64,000 nucleotides of DNA. It comes from a virus (taxonomy: Duplodnaviria > Caudoviricetes). The notes below the pieces were generated by a model, which was not told where the DNA came from, searched no databases, and saw nothing but the letters and a program-made list of their open reading frames with translations. Of this stretch, positions 49,053-58,597 are shown piece after piece. The first letter of the stretch is position 1. Every line of letters begins with the position of its first letter. The stretch lies in IMG/VR virus record IMGVR_UViG_3300009370_001679, positions 14,606 to 78,605 of that record. One strand, given 5' to 3'. Both the position numbers and the translations under genes were made by a program.

Positions 49053-50630
49053 TTACTCCTTAATTTCCATGATTTTACTAAGTAGGTCAATACCCAGTAT
49101 ATCAAATTTAACATGTCCTTGATCTTCTAAATCGCCCATTTCAAAACCGGCGATGAGATTTTTACTTTTATCTTTAACCATAGGACAAACTTTATTTAGT
49201 TTATTTGCTGATATAATAACTCCAGCAGCGTGTTTCCCTTGAGATTTTATCGTACCTTCAATGTCAATTGCTTGCTGAAAAATTGCTGCGAACGGGCCAA
49301 CTAGATCATTATCACTATTTAGCTTACACCACCTATCTAGAACTTCTGGCTGATAAGCAAGTGTCCATCGAATTAGTGAGCCTTCACCGCTTTCCTCTAA
49401 AAGGTCTGAAACGTCAGCCTCATTAGGTATGTTTTTAGTCACGTCGTTCATCTCTCCAAAAGAAACGGCGCTATTGATACGCATGATTTCCTTAAGGGCT
49501 GCTCGACCCTGTAGCTTATTGAATGTCAACATTTGGGAGACGTTATCTTCTCCGTATTTAGATTTAATATATCCAATAACTTCGTCTCGCTTTTCGGCAG
49601 GAACATCTAGGTCAATATCCGGAAGAGATACATGACCCTCAGTATTACGGCCAGCATTGTAAAATCTCTCAAAGATTAAGTCATACTTGATAGGGTCAAT
49701 TTCCGTAATACCGATAAGGTATGAAATCAAACATCCGGCAGCCGACCCTCTTCCCGGGCCCGGCAACCACCCCTCAGACCTAACATAATTAACAATGTCT
49801 TGAACAATCAAAAAGTACCCAGAAAGACTAGCATCAAAAATTACACTCATCTCGTTTTTAATTCTTTTTAGGTATTCCTCTTTCTTATCTTCGCTCTTAA
49901 CAACACCAGTATCCTCTAAGAGCTTCTTCCAGCCCTCTCTACAGAGCTGCTTTAAGTATTCGTCTTCGGTGTACCCTTCTGGACAATCGAACGCGGGGAG
50001 CATTGGGCTACCGAGAATGTCATACTCTTCACACTGGTCAGCGATCTCTAGACTGAGCTTTATTTGTTCTTCACTATAAATCTTTTCAACTTCACTCGGG
50101 TTCGGTAGATAGTGTCCGTCACTCTTAAAGAAGGGCTTCAGGTGCTTAAACGAATCAGAAACGATTTTGTCTTTAGCCTTTTTCATGCTTGTTTTCATCC
50201 CTGAGCATAAGAGTATTCTATGTAGCTCTGCGTCTTTGGTCGCTACATAATACGCCGGTTTTTGTTTTAGGTCGTCAATACATATAAGGTTTTCGTCTAG
50301 GGACGTCTTTAACAGTTTCTTCACTACGTCGTCAGAATACGTGTTCTTCTTAGAAACAATATCAATGAGCGCGTACCAGCCGTCTTTGTTCTTTGCTATA
50401 TATGTCTTGCTCTTGTGGTTTTCAAACTCAACAGTGCACCCCATAATAGGTTTAATGCCATGCTTTTTACATTCTTTGTAAAAATTGACAGCCCCAGATA
50501 TAGTGTTAATATCTGTAATAGCACAGGCCGGATAGCCGTACTCTTTACACTTAGCTGCTAGCTCATCAGGTTTCGAGAAACCTCTCTGTAGGCTAAAGTG
50601 CGTCTTGTTATTTAGTGGAACCCAAGTCAT
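49053..50630 (-). CDS. dnaE: DNA polymerase III alpha, N-terminal half (reduced PHP, palm, thumb)
   Basis: AITD, GPGRGSAAG, FERF, PDIDLD, GKHAAGV and KFDILG; all three catalytic Asp positions are present. Confidence 0.92.
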   Translation of the reverse strand: MTWVPLNNKTHFSLQRGFSKPDELAAKCKEYGYPACAITDINTISGAVNFYKECKKHGIKPIMGCTVEFENHKSKTYIAKNKDGWYALIDIVSKKNTYSDDVVKKLLKTSLDENLICIDDLKQKPAYYVATKDAELHRILLCSGMKTSMKKAKDKIVSDSFKHLKPFFKSDGHYLPNPSEVEKIYSEEQIKLSLEIADQCEEYDILGSPMLPAFDCPEGYTEDEYLKQLCREGWKKLLEDTGVVKSEDKKEEYLKRIKNEMSVIFDASLSGYFLIVQDIVNYVRSEGWLPGPGRGSAAGCLISYLIGITEIDPIKYDLIFERFYNAGRNTEGHVSLPDIDLDVPAEKRDEVIGYIKSKYGEDNVSQMLTFNKLQGRAALKEIMRINSAVSFGEMNDVTKNIPNEADVSDLLEESGEGSLIRWTLAYQPEVLDRWCKLNSDNDLVGPFAAIFQQAIDIEGTIKSQGKHAAGVIISANKLNKVCPMVKDKSKNLIAGFEMGDLEDQGHVKFDILGIDLLSKIMEIKE

Positions 50631-51117
50631 AATTCGTAAATTCTTTCAATTCTGATATAGCAACGTTGTGGCAATCTGCCCGAACAACGAACCCGTTAGA
50701 CGGGTCAACCTGTCCTTTGGTTAGCTTTCGAGCTCTTTTGAAATATTCATCGTGCTCAAGCCACCCAAGAACCCACGCTCTTCCCCATCTCTTATTTTTA
50801 TTTTCTATTCTAACAAATACATACCTATCGCACTTTTGCTCGGTGTTAAAGTTTGCAACAGAGCAATCATAATATGGTTTTGGCGGAGACGTGCACCTTT
50901 TAGTTTTAACATCATATTTAATTCCGCTTTTTGAAACAACGTCATAGTCATATGTATTACTTATTGTACCATCAATAACTACATTTGCAACCTCTTCCCC
51001 CAAAAAACCTGCAATATTTCCGTCACCCTTCATTATAGAGTTACGTATTACGCCCATTTCACGGGATTTAGCCCAAGCCTGCTTCTTCATTTTTTCTGTA
51101 ATTTTTATCTCAATCAT
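50608..51117 (-). CDS. Putative PD-(D/E)xK nuclease-fold protein
   Basis: GFLGE...YDYD...YDVKT pattern. Confidence 0.5.
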   Translation of the reverse strand: MIEIKITEKMKKQAWAKSREMGVIRNSIMKGDGNIAGFLGEEVANVVIDGTISNTYDYDVVSKSGIKYDVKTKRCTSPPKPYYDCSVANFNTEQKCDRYVFVRIENKNKRWGRAWVLGWLEHDEYFKRARKLTKGQVDPSNGFVVRADCHNVAISELKEFTNYDLGSTK

Positions 51118-52127
51118 CCCGGCGCCTCATAGTGTCCAATACTGAAACCTTCTTTAGTGCAATTCTGAACGGTATCCATCATACCAAACTGCTCTAGGTT
51201 ATTGCTTACATGTCTACATATATTCTCGTTAGTTCCGGGCCAATCCTTTTTACAGAAATCACAAAGCTTCGTACACTTCCAGTGTGCCTGTCTTCTGGAT
51301 AGCATTTTTGGGTTAGTCGTTTTTTTGATTTCTTCAAATCTATCTTTCAGCATACCTAAGAACTTCTCTTTGTCTGACTCTTCAAAGCAGATACTAAATG
51401 GCCCACCATCGCGTATATAAAATATCGACATGATAGCATCCTTGTATTCAGGAAACTTTTTAGATATAGCATAATAATAAAGCATCAGTTGAGGGTCTTC
51501 GCATAGCTTTTCGTATGTCTTCTCTTCTCCTGTTGCCCAGTTTAGCCTTCTCCCTGTTTTCCAGTCAATGACCTCAATGACACCATCATCAATTTCTGTC
51601 ACTAGGTCGATAGTACCCTTAATGGCTAGTTGCCCTTCTAGAGTTTCCCCGTCTTCTGTTTCATATGAAAATTTTGCCCAGTCTTCCTCAATCTCAATAT
51701 CAAAATGAGGCTCTGATGCGACAATATTTCTCTTTCGCGGGTCGAAATTTCCGTCGTCGTATAACAAACCTTCCCAAGTCGTATCTTCACAGAACTTATA
51801 GTCAGCATTTGTATAATGATGAGTGCAGTTCTCTGTGTAGTGTTTATAGCTTCGTTTGAGAATCTCGTTTACAAATTTCTTTGTGTTAAGTTTCCTCTTG
51901 GTGAATTCTATTTTTCCTAATGCGTCATCATTTAATACCATCTCATCCTTGTCTTGTAAAATCTTTTTACACCCACCTAGCACCTCCATGACCTTGTGGA
52001 CGATTGTTCCCAGCTGGGCTTTTTTACCAGAGACACTTTGATGGCCTAAGACATAGGTTATAAAGTATTGCATCTGACAGTATTCAAAATTATTATAACT
52101 AGAGCTACGTATATACGTTACTAACAT
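51114..52127 (-). CDS. PD-(D/E)xK exonuclease (RecB/AddB/Cas4-like) with probable Fe-S cysteines
   Basis: C near the N-terminus, GTIVH, KGTIDL, IDWKTG, QLMLY and C-terminal CTKLCDFC. Confidence 0.8.
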   Translation of the reverse strand: MLVTYIRSSSYNNFEYCQMQYFITYVLGHQSVSGKKAQLGTIVHKVMEVLGGCKKILQDKDEMVLNDDALGKIEFTKRKLNTKKFVNEILKRSYKHYTENCTHHYTNADYKFCEDTTWEGLLYDDGNFDPRKRNIVASEPHFDIEIEEDWAKFSYETEDGETLEGQLAIKGTIDLVTEIDDGVIEVIDWKTGRRLNWATGEEKTYEKLCEDPQLMLYYYAISKKFPEYKDAIMSIFYIRDGGPFSICFEESDKEKFLGMLKDRFEEIKKTTNPKMLSRRQAHWKCTKLCDFCKKDWPGTNENICRHVSNNLEQFGMMDTVQNCTKEGFSIGHYEAPG

Positions 52128-52128
52128 A

Positions 52129-52956
52129 TTATTCCTTAATCTTTTGGATGCCACCTAGAAGATTTGGGTCTTCTGTAGGGGGCGTAGGACTGGGTTCCTC
52201 GATAACGCTACCGAGCCATCCCCATTCTTCAAGTAAAGATATTACCTTCACATTCGTTTCCATTAAAGATAACTCCTTGTTGTCAATAATGGCGTCGTAT
52301 TCAATGTCATCAACAGAGGACTCGCTAGAATGACTGTCGCCATTTATACCGCGAGTTAATTTAATAACCTTACCTCCGGCTTTTTGTATTGCTTTTGATT
52401 CGTTTGGAAATCTACAGTCAGAGATTACAGCCATTAAAGAACCCTCTTCTCTAATACTTCTCATAGTTCTATCTGTCCAAATGTCCGTATAGATATGCCG
52501 ACAAATATCTGTACCAAAGACCTGTAAAAACTCTCTAGCGGTCATTCTACCTGTCTCGCCTCCGGTATAACCCGGCATGTCTTCCCATTTAATCCATGTA
52601 GGGCTATTTTTATCCGCGTCTGTTCCGTAACACTGTTTCTTTGTTAGTCCAAATAATCCACACGCAATCTCCTTAAGAGAAGCGGCAAAGGAATAGTGTT
52701 TTACAAATGGCCACATGTTGTGTGCGGCCCAAGGTGCAAATTCTGGGTCAGTTCTAGTTACGTCTAAAACACCTTTACCTGTTTCTTCTACTCCAGAGGC
52801 ATCAGAGTCAACGGTATCTACAACAATCCTTCCCTCAGTGTCTAGGTCAAAACCTTTAATAATGTGATAAGACCGCATTTGATATCCGTGCAGAAAGGCA
52901 CAGCACGAATTTTTACCTGATTGCTTTTTTCCGGCAAAGGCTAAGATTCTTGTCAT
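52129..52956 (-). CDS. Deoxynucleoside monophosphate kinase
   Basis: GKKQSGKN P-loop, SFAASLK, REFLQVFGT and ISDCRFPNE. Confidence 0.85.
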   Translation of the reverse strand: MTRILAFAGKKQSGKNSCCAFLHGYQMRSYHIIKGFDLDTEGRIVVDTVDSDASGVEETGKGVLDVTRTDPEFAPWAAHNMWPFVKHYSFAASLKEIACGLFGLTKKQCYGTDADKNSPTWIKWEDMPGYTGGETGRMTAREFLQVFGTDICRHIYTDIWTDRTMRSIREEGSLMAVISDCRFPNESKAIQKAGGKVIKLTRGINGDSHSSESSVDDIEYDAIIDNKELSLMETNVKVISLLEEWGWLGSVIEEPSPTPPTEDPNLLGGIQKIKE

Positions 52957-54002
52957 TATAAAACTCCTTGTAGTTCTTCTAGTATTTCAGTTTTGATTTG
53001 TTCTACCGACATATCGCCAACATCTTTTTCTGATATGTTAGGTCTATAGTAATTAAATCGCCTTCCGCACTTTTTCATTATTTGTTCTGCGGCTCTATGT
53101 CCGGCATCGTCATAATCTGTAAGTATGACTAAACTGAGAGCGCCGCTTTGTTCTAATAAAACCAGCTGGTCGTCACTGAGGCTAGCCCCAAAAATACCAA
53201 CCGTGTTTTCTACTCCCGCTTCATGCATACGCCAAACGTCGCCTTGGCCCTCAACCAAAACTGCCGTAGCTGTTTCAAATATTTTTTCTTTTGCCACATT
53301 TAGACCATACAGATATGAGCTTTTTCTAAAGCCTTTGCTGTGCAACCATTTGGGTTGCATGTTTTCATAGCACGACCTACCTATGCATCCAATATAATTA
53401 TAGCCTTCATCATAGATTGGGACAACAACTCTTCCTGACATTGGCTTGTTTTTTTTGTCACAGAGGCCAATATCAAATTTAGTTAATATATCAGTAGTGT
53501 ACCCTCTGTTAATATAGTATTCAGCCGGTATTTGTATTGTGTCTAGAATAACTTCTCTGTCTACTTTTGGGGGCTCTCTTTCTGGCTCCCTATTGAAGAT
53601 GTCCAAAAGCTTAATAGCATTATTGCTCTCTACGTCTTGTAATAGGTCGAGTTCAGAAATATCAAGATCTAAAAACTCTAAACAAAAATTAATTGTATCA
53701 ATAATACTAACCGTTGAAGCTCGCTTATTGGAGAGTACCCCTCTGACGAAGCCGAACAGGTTTCTAGAAAAGTCTTCTTCGCAGTGGTTAGTCCAACAGT
53801 TCCAGTTACCCTTAGCGGTGTTTCCGTCCGTGAATATGGTACAACCTTCTGTGTTGTCTCCCCCGTGAATAGGGCACGCAAAAGCAAACCTGTTGGGATA
53901 TTCTATGTAGTCTATACTGAAGTATTTTAGAAGCTGTGACAGCTTAGTAAATAGCTGGTTAGACAGTTTCAATATCTGCTGGTTGTTGATCTCCTGATTC
54001 AA
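52956..54002 (-). CDS. dnaG: DNA primase (CHC2 zinc finger plus TOPRIM)
   Basis: CPIH...CWTNHC, LVEGQGD and DYDDAG. Confidence 0.85.
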   Translation of the reverse strand: MNQEINNQQILKLSNQLFTKLSQLLKYFSIDYIEYPNRFAFACPIHGGDNTEGCTIFTDGNTAKGNWNCWTNHCEEDFSRNLFGFVRGVLSNKRASTVSIIDTINFCLEFLDLDISELDLLQDVESNNAIKLLDIFNREPEREPPKVDREVILDTIQIPAEYYINRGYTTDILTKFDIGLCDKKNKPMSGRVVVPIYDEGYNYIGCIGRSCYENMQPKWLHSKGFRKSSYLYGLNVAKEKIFETATAVLVEGQGDVWRMHEAGVENTVGIFGASLSDDQLVLLEQSGALSLVILTDYDDAGHRAAEQIMKKCGRRFNYYRPNISEKDVGDMSVEQIKTEILEELQGVL

Positions 54003-55434
54003 AACCTGTATCCTTAATAGTTGACTTAGTTCTCAATTCATTGCGAGTCTGACCCTCTACTAGCTTGCCAAACTTCCCAAACATATTCATATTTATATAG
54101 TCGCCATCATCTAATCCTGCTCCGTGACGAGCAACAATAGGTACCAGCTTCCTGTTTCCGTTTTCGTCTGTGTCGTCGGCTATCTCTTCGTCGGACTTTA
54201 ACTTGAAGATGCTAAAGCTCGTACAGAGCCAAATAAGTCTGTCAGAACCCGAAACGACATCTGTTGATTCTTTTGTTATGCCGTCTCTGTTTAATTGTAC
54301 AAAACTAAGGCACGGCACATCGTACTTAACACAGAAGTTATGCAGCTGAGTTATTTGGAACCCAAGAACCTGAAACTCCTGCATGGAGTTTGAGATGCTA
54401 GTAGAGTTCATTAGCTTTAGATAGTCATAAACAATTAGACAATCTTTGGTTCTTCCGTTTTCGTCAAACCCAACCTCTTGATAAATCCATTTGCGCATAA
54501 TACTAAGAATATTCTCAAACGGTTGACCAGCAATGCTCACATAGTGAAATGGTATTTCCCCCAATTCGTTAGCCGCATTTTCCACCTTTTCGGTGTTTAG
54601 CTGGTTGCTATCAAACTTGCCGCTGGCAATAGTGTTGATTTCGACACCGCTTAGGTTCGCCAACATTCGGTGGAGGTGGTCTTCTTTAGACATTTCGGTA
54701 TCTAGAACCAGCACTGGGATTCCTAGATTTTTAGATACGTGCATAGCTACCGCGTCGCCAAACATAGATTTACCAACCTTAGGTCGGGCGGCAACTAAGT
54801 CTACGCACTTTCTTCTTAATCCCCCTCCTATAGCTTCGTCATAAGCAGGGAATCCTGTGCTTATGCCAATCATGTCATTTTTGTTTTCTTTTAGAAACTC
54901 TATATAGTCTGTTATTTCCTCGCCGATTATTTCAGGCTTATTGTCAGAACCTTGATATATTTTAGATGTCGCATCAAGAACGGGAGTTTCTATGAGGGAG
55001 ATGATGTCGTTTATATCTTCATCTCCTGTGACCTCCTCAATTTTATTAGAACAAATAGCCAGTGTCTTCTTGACTTCTCTTGCTATTCCTAGCTTCGCTA
55101 GTTTACCGGCGTGTATTGAAACATTTTCTTCATGTATTGGAAAGTTAAATAGTGAACGTAAAAAACCAATCTCCTCTTGGTTATTTATATTTTCATAACA
55201 TCCAAGCTGATTGGCGGCAGAAAGCAAGGAAGATAATTCTACCTTGTTGGATTTCTCTAAGACCTTTTTAATGCACCCAAAAATAATTTGGTTGGTAGGG
55301 TCTGTGAAGTGTTCGGACTCCAGATAGTCTGAATCAAGCGAAACGCTTAATCCATATTGACACAATCCGGAGAGAACCGCCCTCTCTGCTGCTAGGTCTT
55401 CTAGCTTCCGCTTGTTTTTTTGATTTCGTACCAT
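53959..55434 (-). CDS. dnaB: Replicative DNA helicase (DnaB family)
   Basis: AERAVL, AARPKVGKS, EMS, VYDYLKLM, QLNR and ARHG. Confidence 0.92.
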   Translation of the reverse strand: MVRNQKNKRKLEDLAAERAVLSGLCQYGLSVSLDSDYLESEHFTDPTNQIIFGCIKKVLEKSNKVELSSLLSAANQLGCYENINNQEEIGFLRSLFNFPIHEENVSIHAGKLAKLGIAREVKKTLAICSNKIEEVTGDEDINDIISLIETPVLDATSKIYQGSDNKPEIIGEEITDYIEFLKENKNDMIGISTGFPAYDEAIGGGLRRKCVDLVAARPKVGKSMFGDAVAMHVSKNLGIPVLVLDTEMSKEDHLHRMLANLSGVEINTIASGKFDSNQLNTEKVENAANELGEIPFHYVSIAGQPFENILSIMRKWIYQEVGFDENGRTKDCLIVYDYLKLMNSTSISNSMQEFQVLGFQITQLHNFCVKYDVPCLSFVQLNRDGITKESTDVVSGSDRLIWLCTSFSIFKLKSDEEIADDTDENGNRKLVPIVARHGAGLDDGDYINMNMFGKFGKLVEGQTRNELRTKSTIKDTGFESGDQQPADIETV

Positions 55435-55562
55435 AAGAGTCCACTATTGGCTAACGCATAAGAAAACCACATTAGGGCATGCGGGTAATCTTTTTGCTTG
55501 ACGCATGAAGCGCAAGTTAATAAATAAAGTAATATCGTAATCCCTACGGCGGTAATGGCCAT
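55401..55562 (-). CDS. Small two-TM membrane protein, 53 aa (absent from ORF track)
   Basis: Translated by hand: MAITAVGITILLYLLTCASCVKQKDYPHALMWFSYALANSGLLWYEIKKTSGS. Confidence 0.6.
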   Translation of the reverse strand: MAITAVGITILLYLLTCASCVKQKDYPHALMWFSYALANSGLLWYEIKKTSGS

Positions 55563-55566
55563 TCTA

Positions 55567-55665
55567 TTATATCCCGTGATAGATGTAGATACCCATACAT
55601 GTGCTAATTCCTAGCAATAATCCCAATAAAAAATCTTTAACATCAACGCTTAAATATTTCTTCAT
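55567..55665 (-). CDS. Small single-TM peptide, 32 aa (absent from ORF track)
   Basis: MKKYLSVDVKDFLLGLLLGISTCMGIYIYHGI; ATGA overlap with the upstream stop. Confidence 0.5.
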   Translation of the reverse strand: MKKYLSVDVKDFLLGLLLGISTCMGIYIYHGI

Positions 55666-55928
55666 TCTTCAGTTTCCTTTTTATGTTTCTGATATAAAAA
55701 ATTATCACTAAAATACTCATTAGATAAAAGCCTAATAAGTATATCTCTTAGGTCTTTATCTTCTACAAAAGATAGAACCTTAGATGCTAAGTCAAAAGAG
55801 CTCTGCCTAAACACAGGAACCTTGAGGGGTGGTTCAGGTCGGCGCCTAGTATAGTCTCTGTGGTAAAAGGTTGGTGGGGGAATATGTCGGCCATTTGTAT
55901 CAGACGTTTTGGGTTTTGATTTTGACAA
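55662..55928 (-). CDS. Hypothetical protein
   Basis: Fills the gap in the operon; non-ATG start. Confidence 0.5.
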   Translation of the reverse strand: MSKSKPKTSDTNGRHIPPPTFYHRDYTRRRPEPPLKVPVFRQSSFDLASKVLSFVEDKDLRDILIRLLSNEYFSDNFLYQKHKKETEE

Positions 55929-55937
55929 TATACGCCC

Positions 55938-56201
55938 CTAAAAGAATCCCTTAATCATTTCCAAAACTCCGCCCACTCCGCCAAAACCGCCCTTTGAAAT
56001 TACCACATAGGCTACAAGACCCAAGCCAATCATAAACACTAGCCATTTGCGTTTTTTTGCAACGGCAGTGGCTTTCGCTGTGAGCGCCTTGATTTTGTCT
56101 AGCCTGTATCCCCTTCTGGAATCAACCTTTTCTTCACGGGCATCTTTTCTGTCTTCTCGGGCGTCGCTTTTATCTTCGCCCCGTTTTCTAGTATGTGGCA
56201 T
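55938..56201 (-). CDS. Small membrane protein (charged N-terminus, C-terminal TM)
   Basis: GGAGG RBS; WLVFMIGLGLVAYVVI helix. Confidence 0.65.
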   Translation of the reverse strand: MPHTRKRGEDKSDAREDRKDAREEKVDSRRGYRLDKIKALTAKATAVAKKRKWLVFMIGLGLVAYVVISKGGFGGVGGVLEMIKGFF

Positions 56202-56222
56202 AATACTGCCTCCTATTTAAAG

Positions 56223-56663
56223 TTATCTTCTTTTGTTTGATAAGCATCCATCACAGATAAAGAAATCTCTCCTGTGAACATCTGATACTTCTATAGTTTT
56301 TTTACACTCAACGCATTTCTGTTTGGTTTTTTGGGCTTTATCTCTTCTTGGCGAAGGGGTAAAAGCGGGAGTCTCAATGTCCATATGCTCTGACTTGTCG
56401 TCAGTAAAAAGGTTGTCTCCACGATCAACCTTATTAATTGGTGTTGGGCCTTCCTTTATTTGTCGGCCAGTCATTGAGAAGTCATCAGCACCAACCCTCT
56501 CAGGCGGAGCAGGTTGCTCAACAACCTGTGTAATATCAGATTGAACAGCTGTTTCAGCCGCCGTGTCCGCCTCTATGAGAGAGTTAGCCATTTCTATTAG
56601 CTCTGCATCATTAAGAGCTATACCTTTTCTAAGTAATTCTTTTGCTGTATCAAGAGTAGACAT
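56223..56663 (-). CDS. Hypothetical protein with C-terminal zinc ribbon
   Basis: CVEC...CDGC. Confidence 0.65.
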   Translation of the reverse strand: MSTLDTAKELLRKGIALNDAELIEMANSLIEADTAAETAVQSDITQVVEQPAPPERVGADDFSMTGRQIKEGPTPINKVDRGDNLFTDDKSEHMDIETPAFTPSPRRDKAQKTKQKCVECKKTIEVSDVHRRDFFICDGCLSNKRR

Positions 56664-57130
56664 TAATAATTTCTCCTTCTTCCTAAATCTTGCAGGACTG
56701 TAGCCATCTTCTTGACTATATCAATCTTTCCTGAAATTCTTGTTATTCTAGATTCTGCTGATGTCTTTAATCTGTTCAGCTCTGAAGCTAGTGGGTTTTC
56801 TTTTATTGCGGAAAAATATCGGACTTCCCATTTTGCGTACTGCCCGCCATAGTTCTCCATTTTGTCTGCGACTATGTACCAAATGCTGTTATTGCAAAAG
56901 TCTAATACTGACTTCTCTTTATTATATAGTGACTGGAGGTATTCTGCATGCGCAAAAAGTATAAAACTGTTGGATAAAGCCAAAGTAATATCCATATTAT
57001 TGATATCATCGGAACTTAAGTTTAATATACTTTCTACATCCTCATTCTTCTTAACAAGGTCTGCATTTCTATCCTCTACCCAGTCGTCTACCTTCTGTAG
57101 AAATTCAATAGCTTTTTGTTCGTTAGTCAA
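56663..57130 (-). CDS. Helical protein, possible UvsY-like recombination mediator
   Basis: 155-aa coiled-coil two genes downstream of recA; assignment rests on size and context only. Confidence 0.35.
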   Translation of the reverse strand: MTNEQKAIEFLQKVDDWVEDRNADLVKKNEDVESILNLSSDDINNMDITLALSNSFILFAHAEYLQSLYNKEKSVLDFCNNSIWYIVADKMENYGGQYAKWEVRYFSAIKENPLASELNRLKTSAESRITRISGKIDIVKKMATVLQDLGRRRNY

Positions 57131-57536
57131 ACTTCACTCTCCACTCAGGCTCTTTCTCATTATAATTTAGTTCAATCAAATTCATGTTATTCAATTCACA
57201 CCAAGCCGCTTTGTCTGTATCTCTAGCCTTTGCCTTAAAAAATGCCATCTTGTCTTTATAAAAAAAGGAGTTAAACTTAAAGTGCTGCTCTCCATGAACC
57301 TCAACAATTAAACTTCTGTTTGGTATGTAAAAATCAGCATGTAGTAGTGTTCTTCTAGAGCCCGTCTTGGTTCCGGGAAGTGTTAGCTCTTCTAGCACTC
57401 TATCAAACGGAAACAAGTCCTTTAGGAGTGCTCTTGCCTTAATGTGTAATTTTGATCTATTTTTATCTGCAACAGAGGACTGTCTTCTAGATGGGTTCCA
57501 TTTGTGTTCTTTCCCGTCTAGACCTAGAATAATCAT
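57123..57536 (-). CDS. Vsr/DUF559-like endonuclease
   Basis: ADFYIP...IVEVHGEQH...RD..K...C motif. Confidence 0.7.
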   Translation of the reverse strand: MIILGLDGKEHKWNPSRRQSSVADKNRSKLHIKARALLKDLFPFDRVLEELTLPGTKTGSRRTLLHADFYIPNRSLIVEVHGEQHFKFNSFFYKDKMAFFKAKARDTDKAAWCELNNMNLIELNYNEKEPEWRVKFD

Positions 57537-58597
57537 AGCATTGCCTTAATCTCTTCTTCTAGTATACCAAACACTTTCTCATTTGCAAGTAAAAAATTGT
57601 ATAATCTTTCCTGTCCCTGAAACTTAACAGCCTTTAAAACCTCTTCGATATTTTCGGTGTCTATTTCGGGTTTTATTTCTTTAACCACTTCTGCATGTTC
57701 TGCCATAAACTCACATGTTAGCCAAGCTCCAGCCTTGCCAATAAGCCCAATATCTAGACCGAGCATAACAAGCTCTTGAACCTTATCTATCCCGTGACCA
57801 TACTTAATCCAGCTTTGACATTCGGTTCCCGGCGACCCAATAGACGAACAGATAACCTTCCAGTTGACAGCCTGACCAACCTGCTTATCGCTTTGAGTCC
57901 ATGGGGTTATTGATTTCACTTCCATTCTAGTGTCTGCTTGATACTGAATTTTTTTACCACAGTCAGGCATACGAGAAGCCCCATATCCAGACGTGTTTGC
58001 GATGAAGTGCGTTATGATAATCATGGTCGCTCGCTGATTGGGAACAATCTGTCCCATTTTTTTGCAGAACATGGATAGTATTCTGGGCAGCCCTGCTCTT
58101 CCCGGAGACATATCTCCATCTAATTCTTTTTCCGGTATTAGGGCAGATGTGGAATCTATAATACAGACACAGCCCTCGTTTTCTTTTGCGCTCACGAGCT
58201 TGACTGCAATATCTAGAAAGGCTTCTGCGCTTAATGGTTCATCTTCCGAGTGGATGATTTTCATTTTATCTCTATCGAGACCATCGACACCAAGAAGGTT
58301 CATTTCTTTTAGTCGCCCCTCTGCGTCTAAATATATAATTGGACGACCTTCCTTTTGGCAGTTTGCCGCTATCTGTAATGCTGTAGTTGTCTTTCCGCAT
58401 TTAGGGTCTCCCGTGAGTATAACCCACGAACCCTCTTTGATTCCTCCACCTAGAGAGAGGTCAACTGAGGGGCTAACCTTAATTATCTTATAGTCTTTTC
58501 TTCTTTCGAGAACTTGCGCTCCAGTAGAGATAACATTCCCATACTTTTTGACTATCTCTTTAATAAAGGCTGGGTCGTTATTCTTGGTTCTTGCCAT
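57533..58597 (-). CDS. recA: RecA/UvsX-like recombinase
   Basis: SVDLSLGGGI, GDPKCGKTT, YLDAEGR, IIDS and YGHGID. Confidence 0.88.
   Translation of the reverse strand: MARTKNNDPAFIKEIVKKYGNVISTGAQVLERRKDYKIIKVSPSVDLSLGGGIKEGSWVILTGDPKCGKTTTALQIAANCQKEGRPIIYLDAEGRLKEMNLLGVDGLDRDKMKIIHSEDEPLSAEAFLDIAVKLVSAKENEGCVCIIDSTSALIPEKELDGDMSPGRAGLPRILSMFCKKMGQIVPNQRATMIIITHFIANTSGYGASRMPDCGKKIQYQADTRMEVKSITPWTQSDKQVGQAVNWKVICSSIGSPGTECQSWIKYGHGIDKVQELVMLGLDIGLIGKAGAWLTCEFMAEHAEVVKEIKPEIDTENIEEVLKAVKFQGQERLYNFLLANEKVFGILEEEIKAML

Noticed and set aside
51114-52127. Cas4-like gene as part of a CRISPR-Cas system
   Set aside because: No cas1/cas2 or array seen; the context is phage replication.
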